A stretch of DNA of 60,282 bases, filler included, from Rhizaria sp. SCN 62-66 (taxonomy: Eukaryota): the NCBI GenBank assembly GCA_001724265.1. It is 6 parts of 6 records of this genome, joined end to end, with 100 filler letters (N's around TTAATTAATTAA, not from the genome) between each part and the next. Parts side by side here need not be neighbours in the genome. Positions count along the whole stretch, not along the records: positions 18,396 to 32,435 come from MEDY01000588.1; positions 32,536 to 40,693 come from MEDY01000589.1; 4 more parts are not named here. One strand, given 5' to 3'. A program made the position numbers and the translations under genes. The notes below the pieces were generated by a model. It did no database searches, was not told the DNA's origin, and worked only from the letters and a program-made list of their open reading frames with translations. How positions within the stretch are numbered: position 1 is the stretch's first letter; the number at the start of each line of letters is the position of its first letter. This document shows positions 24,623 through 35,545 of the stretch, in pieces.

Positions 24623-26047
24623 TCACTCGCCCATAAGCTGGCCGCCCTTGCGCGCGGACCCGCCTTCCTCCTCTTCCTCCTCTTCCTCCTCGTTGTCGTT
24701 GTCGTTGTCTGACTCGACGTCGCTGAGTCCGTGCGGCGCGGCCACGTCGTCGGCCTCGATCGCGCCTGACGCGAGCGCGATGGCGGCCGCCGTGGCCGCA
24801 CCCGCTGCGGCCTCCTGGTCCGCCATGGTCTTAGCCACGACGTCGAGGTCCACGCCCGCGGCCGTGAGCTGCGCGAGCTGCTCCGCGATCTGCGCGCTCA
24901 GCTCCTCGTCGGGCGCCTCGACCAGCAGGCGCTGCGCCGAGATGAGGTACTGCGCGGCGGCGTACTGGTACTCGACGCGCTGCGCGTCCTCGTCGAGCAT
25001 GAGCGCGAGGTTGGCGTGCGCGACGCCCGCATGCACCCACAGCTCGCCGATCTTGTCGTCTTCGTCGAGCAGCGCGTTGACGAGCTCGGCGGCCTCGGGC
25101 CACTGCTCCAGCTTCACCAGCATCTCGGCGATGCCCAGCCGCGCCATGAACTCCAGAGGCTCGCGGCGCTCCTCAGCGTGCTTGGCCAGCAGCTTGTACG
25201 CGTGCAGGATGAACTTGATCGACGGCTCGGCCTTGCCCTGGATCATGCGCAGCGACGAGTAGGAGCGGAAGGCCTCGGCGTTGGTGGGGCACGTGGTTAC
25301 GGCCTCCTTGAGCAAGCGCTCGCACTCGGACTCGGCGTTGTCTTCGTCGCACAGGTCCGTGAGATAGAGGTTCGCCATCGCCGTCATCGTCTGCGACGCC
25401 GCCAGCATGTAGTGCTCGCGGTCCTCGGTGATCTCGGGGTCCTCGCCGCGGCGCGCGGGCGGCAGCGCGTTGAGCAGCTTCTCAAGCAGGTCGAGCCCCA
25501 TCTGCGAGAAGCGGATGCTGTCCAGTCCCTCGGTCATCTGCGCCATGTTCAGGCACCGCTCGTACGAGGACCCGGGCGTCTGCGCCTCGGCCAGGGAAAA
25601 CTGGGCCGCGGCGTCGGAGTCGCGGTCGGGCATCTCCATCAGCGCGAGACCCATCGAGTCGTGCGCGGCGGCCACCTGCTCGGGCGTCGTCGCAAAGCCC
25701 AGCGCGCGCTCAGCGGCAGCCAGCGCGGCCTCGGCCTGGCCCTGCGTGAGGCACAGCTCGGCGGCGTCGATGCAGTCGTCGAACGACTCGAGGCTGATGT
25801 TGGACAGCGCGCCCGAGCCGTCCTCGTCGCCCTCCTCGCCGTTCTCGCGCCCGTCCTCCTCGTCGTCCTCCTCGCCGTCGGCGGACGCGAGCGAGCGCGT
25901 CTGCTTGGCGAGCATCTGCTCCGCGATGAGCACCTCGCGCGCCATGCGCTCCAGCGCTGAGTCCTTGACGGAGCCCGCGGCGAGCTTGCGCATCGCGTCG
26001 CGCTCGCCCTTCTTCTTGTCGCGAAGAAAGTTCTGGGATGCAGACAT
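24623..26047 (-). CDS. ACL4: TPR protein, ACL4-like (assembly chaperone of Rpl4)
   Basis: CLNMAQMTEG, ANLYLTDLCDEDNAESECE, PTNAEAF...SLRMIQ, EFMARL and an acidic tail. ATG at 26047 follows an acceptor-like TGTAG; probable 5' UTR intron. Ends in TGA. Confidence 0.75.
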   Translation of the reverse strand: MSASQNFLRDKKKGERDAMRKLAAGSVKDSALERMAREVLIAEQMLAKQTRSLASADGEEDDEEDGRENGEEGDEDGSGALSNISLESFDDCIDAAELCLTQGQAEAALAAAERALGFATTPEQVAAAHDSMGLALMEMPDRDSDAAAQFSLAEAQTPGSSYERCLNMAQMTEGLDSIRFSQMGLDLLEKLLNALPPARRGEDPEITEDREHYMLAASQTMTAMANLYLTDLCDEDNAESECERLLKEAVTTCPTNAEAFRSYSSLRMIQGKAEPSIKFILHAYKLLAKHAEERREPLEFMARLGIAEMLVKLEQWPEAAELVNALLDEDDKIGELWVHAGVAHANLALMLDEDAQRVEYQYAAAQYLISAQRLLVEAPDEELSAQIAEQLAQLTAAGVDLDVVAKTMADQEAAAGAATAAAIALASGAIEADDVAAPHGLSDVESDNDNDNEEEEEEEEEGGSARKGGQLMGE

Positions 26048-26690
26048 CGGCTCAGAACGGCTACACAGCAGCAAGACAACAGTAGACAACGGGAGCGCAA
26101 GATAAACCGCACGACGCGGGACGGTAGCAGCGAAACAGTGGGCGTCAAGAGTGAGGGAGCACGGAAAGTGTGGGTAAGCAAAGGTGAAAATCCGTTATGC
26201 AGAATAATGTCATTAAAATACAAAACAAAACTGGCGCAAAAGTCACTCACTCTTATTGCATTTCACCAATCAATCAGCAAGGTCACCAAGTTTGTCTTTT
26301 CCGTCCCGTGCTCACCACGGACTGGGCTTGCTACCAGCCAGTCTGGCTCAGAGAGCAACGAAAACCGGTTTGTGGCCACAAAGGTCCCAGACAGGCGCGA
26401 GCGAGATGGCGGCAGGCGGGGCAAAGTTAAGCCGTCGAGAGGTGTCCGAAGTGGAAAAAGAGTCGTCGTGCGGCATAGGAGCAGTGTTGAGTTGTGTTGT
26501 TTTAAATTATTATTTCCAGCGCACGCATCTATGTCATATGTCTTTTCCAGGGGACGTAACCGATGTTTTCTTTCCGCCCCATATCTCCCTAAGCCTTCGC
26601 GAGGCGTTGAGGTTTCCGTCCGGTACCAATGTAAAACCGTCCCCAGCTAACTGATTCAACTCCCCTTTGCTTTTTTATTCCTCAGCCAGA

Positions 26691-28217
26691 ATGGAAGGCG
26701 CGAGCACTCGTTCCTTCAACGAGCTTTATGTACGTCACACCTTCCCCCACGCCACATTCCCCTGCATTTCCCCTCCGCCCTTTCAACCGGCCTCGTCGCT
26801 TTGGGACTAGCACACGCCTTTCTCCCCCTGCGTGCACCGCTTCAGCGCCTCTGTTGTGCAACACACGTTGTGACACCATGCGTTGGCTTTGCATTGCCTC
26901 TCGGCGTTGTCTATATGCCGTTTGCTCTTTTCATTCTCTGCGCGCTCCCGCAAACTCTTCTCGATATCTCGTCCACGTTTTCTCTTCCTTCCACGTTTCA
27001 TCGTCCCAACGCTTCGTATCTCTCTCTCTCTCGCTCATCTCTGTCGCATTTTCTACTTCTCTTACTCGCGCCCCCGCCCCCGCCCACAGGACAAGTTCGA
27101 GGACGTGTACAACCGGCTGACGCTGGGCCGCCGTGACCTCAAGTCGTTCCACGACTTCGTGGCCGCGCGCCAGACCGCCGAGGAGCGCTACGCCAAGGAC
27201 CTCGAGGCCGCCGTGAAGAAGGCGCTGCCGCCCAACGTGACGTGCTCGCTGTCGTCGTGCTACAACGACGCTAAGGACGCCGGCGCGCAGATCGCGAAGC
27301 AGCACCAGCAGGTGGCCGTGACCTGCAAGGACATCGGCGTCGAGCTCGACAAGGCCATCAAGGACATCAAGACGGTCAAGACCAAGCTCCAGGACAACTA
27401 CAACAAGCTGCACAAGGACAAGGAGAGCAAGAAGAGCTCCCACATTAAGGCCAAGATGGCCTACGAGGACTGCGTCAAGAAGGCAGAGACTGCGACGATG
27501 TCCTTCTCTGCCGGCCGCACCCAGGCCCAGGCCGAGAAGTCTCTGCAGAAGCTCGAGGCCGCGGTCAACAGCGCCAACAAGGACCTGGAGAAGGCGCACC
27601 GCACGTACATCTCGTGCGTCACCGAGTGCCAGGCCGCGCAGGAGCGCTTCGAGACCGAGTGCGCGGCCATGCTCGTGCAGTTTGAGGACCTCGAGAAGCG
27701 CCGTCTGGCTACGTTCGAAGACTGCGTCGGCCGCTACGTTCAGGTACGACGAATCAGCATCTCTAGCAGAGTTATCAGACTCATTTTCAAGTATATTCTT
27801 TCACATAGCACCAATCTCACAATCTATCTTCCTCGTTATTCTCTCTGTTTAGGTGCACACGTTCTGCAAGACCGCGATGGAGCAGCTTGCGTCGTTCCTG
27901 ATCAAGTCGCAGGCGTCGATCAACATCCCGCTCGACGTGCACTCGTTCATCGTCGACGCCTACACGGGCAACGCGCCCGAGCCGCACGTCGACTACCGCC
28001 CCAAGACGTCGGAGATCATCCCACACTACGGCGACACCAAGGCGCTCCAGGACTCGAACGCGCACATGCAGGCTTCGCAAACGTCGCACTCGTTCATGAT
28101 GCGCAACTCCGGCAACGCTGCTGCGGCCGCGTACCAGCCCGGCGTCGCCCTCGGGGCCGCCGGCGCCGGCGCGGGCGCCGGCGCTGCTGCTGGCGCCTTC
28201 GGCACGGCCCCCGGCTC

Positions 28218-28254
<37 letters not shown>

Positions 28255-28872
28255 ATGGGCATGGGCGCGGGCGCGAACCCCTTCGGCACGGTGCCCGGCG
28301 CGTCCGCGGGCGGCGCGGGCGGCCACAGCGGCGGCGCGCGCGCGATCGCGCTGTTCCAGTTCGTGGGCCAGGAGGAGGGCGACCTGTCGTTCGAGCCCAA
28401 CGAGGTGATCGATCTCATCGCGCACTCGGACGAGGAGGAGTGGTGGCAGGGCTCCGTGCGCGGCAACACCGGCACCTTCCCGCGCGACTACGTGCGCCGC
28501 CTCGACGCCAACGAGGCCGCGCCCGGCGCCGCGCCTGCGCCCGACGCCATGCCGCCGCAATCGCTTGACTCGTTCCTCTCGGCTGCGCCCGCCGCTGCGG
28601 CCCCGGCCCCCGCGGCCGCGGCCCCCATGGACCACTTCGGCGGAGCCGCCGCGGCGGCCCCGGCTGCGGGCGCCGCGGCGGGCGGCTCGCGCCCCGTGAT
28701 CAAGATGGTGCGCGGCGTGTACGCGTTCCAGGGCGAGGAGAAGGACGAGCTGACCTTCGACGCCGGCGACCTGCTTTCTGTCTTCGCCGAGATCGACGGC
28801 TGGTACGAGGGCGCGCTTGCGAACGGGCAGGAGGGCATCTTCCCCGCCAACTACGTCGAGGACGTTGTCTAA
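26691..28872 (+). CDS. F-BAR (FCH) protein with two SH3 domains; exons 26691-26729, 27090-27743, 27853-28872
   Basis: FHDFVAARQTAEERYAKDL...FEDLEKRRL coiled coil. SH3 motifs ALFQF...DLSF...EEWWQG...GTFPRDYV and GVYAF...ELTF...GWYEG...GIFPANYV. Ends in TAA. Confidence 0.9.
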
Positions 28873-29723
28873 GGTTGCTGCGGTCTGCGTGCAGGGCAGT
28901 CGCACGAAGCAACAGAGAGAGAGCAGAGAGCGCCGAGGGTGCAGAGAGCTCGCTTTGTTGTGCGTTGTCACTTCCGCTGCGTTCCTTTTGCGATGATTGC
29001 AGTCGTAGTTGGAGAAGCTCAAGTTGAGTTTGTTGAGCCGGTCTCTAGTTTTAGTTTTCGTTGTATATTCCATCCTTGCATTCTTTTCTGTATGTTTTGT
29101 AATCTGTCATTATTTCTGTTGTTTTTGCATTGTTTGCTAAAAAATCCTATAAGTCTGGGTATTACTACACATAGCGTACCCCACCACAACTAGCACGTTG
29201 ATAATAGGCTCCTCTCCGTGTTTAAGATTTTTACACCTCGGCCCAAGCGGCGATAGTTTTAGTTCGACGCGCCATTGTGCTTGTATACATATAGTTTTAC
29301 ATTGTCTCTATCTGCCACTTTCTGCATCCATATCTGTTGATATTTCGCCTCAAGCGAACTGTTTAGTCACACAGTGACACTTGGCCAAAGCGCAGCTGTG
29401 GCTCGTTCAGTCACATTCGTCTACGTCGTTCTGAGCTCGAGATTTTCGCGACTAAACAAAACGCTTAACGTCCGATGTTCCGAGTTTGAAAGCTAATATA
29501 TCTCATGTAAGCTCACGTGTCTGTTCGCTTCAATTTTCGCTGTTGTCTATAAAGGCGTACTTTAGCGGTATTCCGCTCATTTTTACCTCCCAAACAGACC
29601 GGCACTTTTCTTTTCCACTCTCCACTCGGCGGCAGCCCTGCCCTGCTGCGCTCCTCACCCGCTACGTTAGCCCGCAACACTAACTCCTTTCCCATAGCAC
29701 GGAAAGCCATCTGACGCCGTATC

Positions 29724-30256
29724 ATGTCGCTCTTGAGTCTCGGCATGGCAGCTGACAGCGTGAGCGACGCGGTCTCTGCCGCGGCCGCCAACACAGCCGA
29801 CTCGGCCGCCGCAGCCGCCGCAGCCGCCGCAGCCGCTGCTGCCGCGGCCTCGGCGCTGTCGCTGAGCCCCGCAGACTCGGCGTACCTGCTGCAGTTGGCG
29901 GCCGAGTCCGCGTCGGCGCCGGCGTGGGATGGCACCGTGGAGCTCTCGTCCGCCGCCGCCGACGCGGCCTCGGCGGCGCTGCTGTCGCCGTCAGCGCTGC
30001 CGACGCTGTCGCTCTCGTCGCTGGGCAGCACGGCGTTCTGGAACGATGTGTGGCACTTTGTGTGGGTGCGCTACACTGATGCGGAGCGCGTTTTTGTTAT
30101 CACCACACGTACGTTACACAGAAACAAAACGACACAGAGCCTGTAGATTCTTCGTTCATCACCCTCCCTTGACTCGAACCTTTCCAAAACGCTCATTCTC
30201 TCTCTGTACCATCAACTTTTCTTTTTTGACGCTTTCCCGCGCTTGCACTCGCACTC

Positions 30257-30317
<61 letters not shown>

Positions 30318-32435
30318 CAGTGGTGTTCACCGTTCTTTACATGCTGCAGCTCTGGTCCTGGCGCCGGTCCCCCTCCCCCGCTGCGTTCCCGCTGCGCATG
30401 CTGCTGCTGGGCGTCCTGGCGCTGGCGCTGCAGCTCGCGCGCGCCGCCGACCCGCACGGCTACCACGGGTTGTTTCCCTACGCGCTGTGCTCGCTGCTGA
30501 GCGACAACGTGACGTGCGTGCTCTCCTTCGCAGGCGTGCACTGCCTCACCACGGTCATCACGGCGCGCTACTCGGCCATGGCCACGCTCGGCGTCGCACC
30601 GCCCACGGTCACGCGCCTGGGCCGCCGCCTCGCCGCGCTGCTCACGGCCGCCTCGCTGCTCGCGCTCGTCGCCGTCAACGCCGCCAACGCGTACCTGCTG
30701 CAGCGGCCCATCCTGCGCGTGCGCTCCGTCGTCTTCCTCACTTTCGGCGCGCTCTTCACGCTCATCGTCGTCGCCATGACCGTGGCCTTCGCAGAGCTGC
30801 GCCGCACGCTGCGCCGCTTCGTCGCACTTCTTCTCGCGCCGCCCGGCGCGGGCGCCTTCGCGCACGCCTCCGCGCTCAAGGCCGCCGCGGCCGCAGAGGC
30901 GGCGGCGGCCACGGCGGCCGCGGTCGCCGCCGCCGCGGCTGCGGTTGGCTCTGCTGGCGCTATTGGGCAGCAGCCGACTGCGGGGACGACGATGCTGCTC
31001 GGCCGCCGCAGCGTCGCCGCCCTCACCACCAGTCACTCCAACAGCCTCAGCCACGGTCACGGTCACGGAACCAGCGGCGCCACCTCTGCGAGCACGACCG
31101 CGACGTCGACCCGCGAGTCGTCGCCCTCCCTCTCGCGCTCTCAGTCGCGGACGCGCGCGCACTCGCAGTCAGGCGACGCCTCTGCCTCTGGCTCTGGCTC
31201 TGGCTCCGGCTCTGGCGCTGGTGCTGGCGCGGGCTCCGTTGGTACAGCGCCTCAGCCTGCGGCCTCAGCCCCAGTGCCCGTGCCGGCCGCCGCGAACGCG
31301 ACTGCGAGCGCGAGTGCGGCCGCCGCTGCCGCCGCCGCCGCCGCCGCCGCGGCCGTGGTCGCCGCGGCCGCGTCGTCGTCGTCGCTCTCGGCGCGCGCCG
31401 CCAGCGGCAGCTACTTCGCGCAGCAGCACTCGCTGTCCCAGCTCCAGGCGCAGTCGCAGGCCAAGTCGCAGCTGCTCGCGCAGCCGGGCGCCCTGCCGCA
31501 GCCTCAGCTACAGGCGCAACAGCAGCCGCTAGCGCAGACGCAGGGGGCGCAGCCCGTGCCCTCGTCCGCCGCGGCCGCCGCCGCTGCAGCCGCCGCGACT
31601 GCCGCTGCGGCCGCCGCTGCCGCGGCCACCGCGGCCGCCGCCGCGGCCGCCGCCGCCGCATCAAGTGGCCCCCGGTCGCTGCCCGGCTCGCGCGCGCACT
31701 CCCGACTGCCGTCGCGATCACATACGCCCGCTGCTGACTCTAGCCACGGCCACGGCAGCGGCAACGGCAGCGGCAGTGGCAGTGCGAGTGCTGCGGCGGG
31801 CGCGCTGGCTGCGGAGGGCGCGCTGAGCCCTGCGGCGCACCGGTACAGCGTTTCCAGCAACGGCGCTGGCGGCAACAACAGCAACAGCACCGGTAGCGGC
31901 AGCGGAGGCGCGTTCTGGAACCAGTCCGCTGCTTCTGCTGCTGCTCAGGGCTCTAGCTCTAGCGCTGGCTCTGGGTCTGGGCGGCCGCAGAGCCTGTCGT
32001 CGCGCGCGGCCGGGCCATCATCGCTACGGGACGCAACATTCACCATCGCTCTGGCACCCAGCAGCACAGTGAACGCACACTCTAGCGCCGCGTTCGACTA
32101 CGACTGCGGCTCCGGCGACGTCTCCGACTCCGGGCTCTCTGTGTCTTCGGTTGATGACGACACGCACCTCCGCTCCAGCTCCAGCTCCGGGCTGGCGCGC
32201 GAGCTTGCTGCTGACGCCGCCGCCGCCGCCACTGCTGCCGCCGACTCTGGCGCGGGCTCTGTGGTGTCGACGACGGGGACGCCCAGTGCGCCCCAGCGCC
32301 GCCGCCGCGCCCGCGCCGGCACCGCGTCGTCGTCATCGTCCATCGCCGGAGTGGCGTCCCCGAGCGGCGCGGTCCCGCCCTCGCCCGCGCACTCGACGGC
32401 CTCCACCTCGGCCTCGGCCTCGGTCGCGGCCGCCA
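29724..32435 (+). CDS. Multi-pass membrane protein (possibly 7TM/THH1-TOM1-like) with a long S/A-rich tail, 3'-truncated; exons 29724-30108 and 30321->32435
   Basis: Several hydrophobic helices around a DPHGYHG loop motif. GT-AG intron 30109-30320 is in frame. The ORF stays open to the contig end. Confidence 0.65.
30260..30314. repeat. (CA)n microsatellite within an intron
   Basis: About 27 CA units just upstream of the 3' splice site at 30320. Confidence 0.97.
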
Positions 32436-32535
32436 NNNNNNNNNNNNNNNNNNNNNNNNNNNNNNNNNNNNNNNNNNNNTTAATTAATTAANNNNNNNNN
32501 NNNNNNNNNNNNNNNNNNNNNNNNNNNNNNNNNNN
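32436..32535. other. Artificial contig linker
   Basis: Same spacer. Confidence 0.98.
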
Positions 32536-33836
32536 AAAGTACAAACTTAACCCCTGTGGGCAAGTCCGAGGTTTCTGCATGAAGAGCAAGTCGTAGAATT
32601 GTGTAAATGCACATTTAAAGAAGGTCAGTTAGTCTACATGTTGTCCACTGCCACCACTTCATTCTAACAAATCCGAATGTTCACTACCTTTAACCTCGTT
32701 GTCATAATAATTTTCGATATCTTCATTATACATCATACTTAATTCATAAACACTATCATCACACAAAATCGCCGTCGTGTTTGTGCGCAAATGGTTAGCA
32801 ATCTCACATTGTAGTTACGTACTCTCCGACACCACCTGCCCCGTCCCTTCCGGTGGGGTTCTCAAAATATCAGTGGGTATTTGCCCCAGTGTGAGCCTGT
32901 GAGACTTGGTATTTTATGCTAAATGTCGGTTGTAACACTAAACAGGCTGCAAAAGGTTATCGAAAAGTTGGGTCGTTTCCTTAGTTAAGCGCACTATTAA
33001 AAATACATTCGTATATTACGACATAATATCACGTTAAGCCTACGAGTTTTAAATGTACACTGACCCCTTTCTTCAAACTTTGTTTTAGAAGAAGCGTCGA
33101 GCGTTCAACTCGCCCGGCGTTTTGTACACGTTTCCCCTGTACATGTACACTGTACTTCACAAAGAAGTTGTGAACTTATGCTCGTGCTGTCACTGCTCTC
33201 TCCTAAATCTCAGCCACTCGAGTCTTCTTGCTGACCTGCCACCGATCAGCCTGCGCGCGCTGCTTTTATGCTGACTTAAAGGTAGTCACAATGAGATTAT
33301 ACGTTTCTGCGCCTCTTGACGCGCTGCATAACGCCTGCGTCACTGTCAGTATCGTCACCGCTGCTCCATTGGTTGCGCTGGAGAGCGCGCTCTTGCCCAC
33401 CGCGCCAGACGCGAGCGCGAGCGCCTTGCTCATCCCGTTCGCCGTCACTGTTGCCGATGTTTTGTTCACTCTCGTCGTTGTTGCGCTGACCGTTAGCGCC
33501 GCCGCGGCGGTCACCAAAGTTGCCACGGCCGTTGTCGCCGCTGTCACTGTCGCTATCGCTGCTGGCTTGGGCGCGACCGCCTTGATTTGGCAGAGCTCCG
33601 CCGCCGTTATGCATGTTGTCGTCACTGTCGCTGTCGTCGCCGCTTTCATCTTGATCAACGTTAGCCTGGACCTGGTGAACGCCGTAGATAATGTTATCGG
33701 GAACCTGACAGTCGTCGTCGAAGTCGCGCTCGACTAGCGGGTTGTTGTCTTTAACACGCACTACGGTGTGCGTCAGACCGTCGAAGGCCTGCCGGAACTG
33801 CAGTTGCGCCTCAACGCCCAGCACGTGCCCAGTGTG

Positions 33837-35180
33837 GTCGTACATCACCTGCGGCGTGCTGGAAAAGAAGTTGACAATCTTGTTGTTGTAGACTATCTTC
33901 TTGACGGTCTGAATGATGCACCGCTGAGGCTTGCTGCCGCGCACCAGTGTCCAACATGGTCGCGGAGCCACGCCAACGGGGCGCGCCGGCGTATAACGCA
34001 TGCACTGCGTGTCCATGACAGGTTTGGCGGTGCGCTGGTAGCTAAAGCTGAGCACCCATGGTGGGTAGTTTTCTTTGAATAGTTTGTAGTTCTCCTTTTG
34101 CTCATAGTCGAGGTTGTTGTACGTCCGGGCGTCGATCGTCTGTCTTTGGTCGTGGATGAAGTAGTAACTCCGCGCTTTTTGCCTCATGCAGCAACAGCAA
34201 ACGGCGTAGCCTGCGTGCAGACAGAGGCTTGTTAACGACTCTTTGTACAGCCGTGACGCCATGTACAGTTTTGGCTTGCCCGACTTATTCAACCCATCTG
34301 CTTGATGCAAGCCTATCAGCAACATACGTGCCTGGATCTTGTCAAGCGAGTTGATTACGTGGCGTGGGATTGCGTCCTTGGACGAACTCGGCGTGGAGAT
34401 ATATTCGACATTGATCATGCGCGCAATGTTCCGGTAGTATGCGCCATGGTAGCGAATCCAGAAGTCCACAAGTGCGGGATACGTCTCACGCGTAATCTCC
34501 CAACGCATGTTGCCGCGCTCCTGCTGCCACTCGCCCAGCCAGTCCTCAACGCCCAACCACCGAAGCGTCTCGCGGATGTAAGCGATGTCAGAGCCTTTGT
34601 GCTGCTGGATAAATATGCCCCCACCTTTTGACATAGATCTGTTGCCGAGCATCATTCCGTAGAACTTCAAAAACCGAAAAATGTCTTCGCGGGTGTTGAA
34701 ACCCATCTCGGCCATCTCACGCATAAACCGCACATAGTCATCGCTCGCACAGTTGGGTACGTTTCCCCTTTTGACAGAGCACACAAATCGCGCTCGTGCG
34801 TTTTGTTGCTCCGAGATTTGCCTTGCCGTGAGCATTTGCAGCTCGCGATGACGCCAGGACCCGCCGGTGGAAATCTGTACGGGAAGCTTTTGACTTTCGC
34901 CGATAATGCCACAGTTGCGCGTTGACTGTTTGAAGTTGCCCTTAATGCCCATGTTACCCGCCCGCTTGCTCATGCGTTTTTGCGCCATTTGCGTGCCATA
35001 GGTATACGTTCCAAAGCGACGATCTTTGTGAAATGTCAGTAAGCCAGGCTTGCGCGTGAGGCTACCATCGGGCAGTATGGTGTCAAACAGCACGTTGTAG
35101 CCCAAATTTGTTAATACGCGCACTTGCTCGGCAAGGATCATGCCGAAGTTCGTATTGATTGCCGTGTCATCAAACAATCC
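33837..35180 (-). mobile_element. Degenerate intein-like region: Hint N- and C-blocks around a double-motif LAGLIDADG homing endonuclease
   Basis: GLFDDTAINTNFG (block A-like), FLKFYGMMLGNRS and ARMLLIGLHQADG...LYMASRLYKESLTSLCLHAGY (LAGLIDADG blocks), PCWTLV...STPQVMYDH (blocks F/G-like). Terminal Cys and Asn are absent. Confidence 0.65.
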
Positions 35181-35322
35181 AACGTTGCCGTCAATGTTAT
35201 TGAGCTGCAGTAGCGCTGCTAGCGCTTCCCGCACCTCCGGACTGTTCCTCTCTGCTCCTTCAAACGTGAACAAGCGCGCGAAATCAGCTTCGTCGCCGTC
35301 GACGTACTCATCACTGTTATCG

Positions 35323-35323
35323 C

Positions 35324-35359
<36 letters not shown>

Positions 35360-35545
35360 TGTTGTCGCCGTCGTCGTTGTCGTCGCCGTCGTCGTTGTCG
35401 TCGCCGTCGTCGTTGTCGTCGCCGTTGTCGTTGTCGTCGCCGTCGTCGTTGTCGTCGCCGTTGTCGTTGTCGTCGCCGTTGTCGTTGTCGTCGCCGTCGT
35501 CGTTGTCGTCGTTGTCATCGTTGTTGTCGTTGTCATCGTCGTCAT
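35323..35545. repeat. Coding tandem repeat with an 18-nt unit encoding GDDND(D/N)
   Basis: Repeated GTCGTCGCCGTCGTCGTT-type units. Confidence 0.9.

Noticed and set aside
32536-32900. AT-rich coding-like stretch on the minus strand
   Set aside because: Multiple stops and no identifiable family.
35323-35545. Regular repeat array considered as CRISPR-like
   Set aside because: No unique spacers; it is an in-frame coding repeat in a eukaryotic gene.
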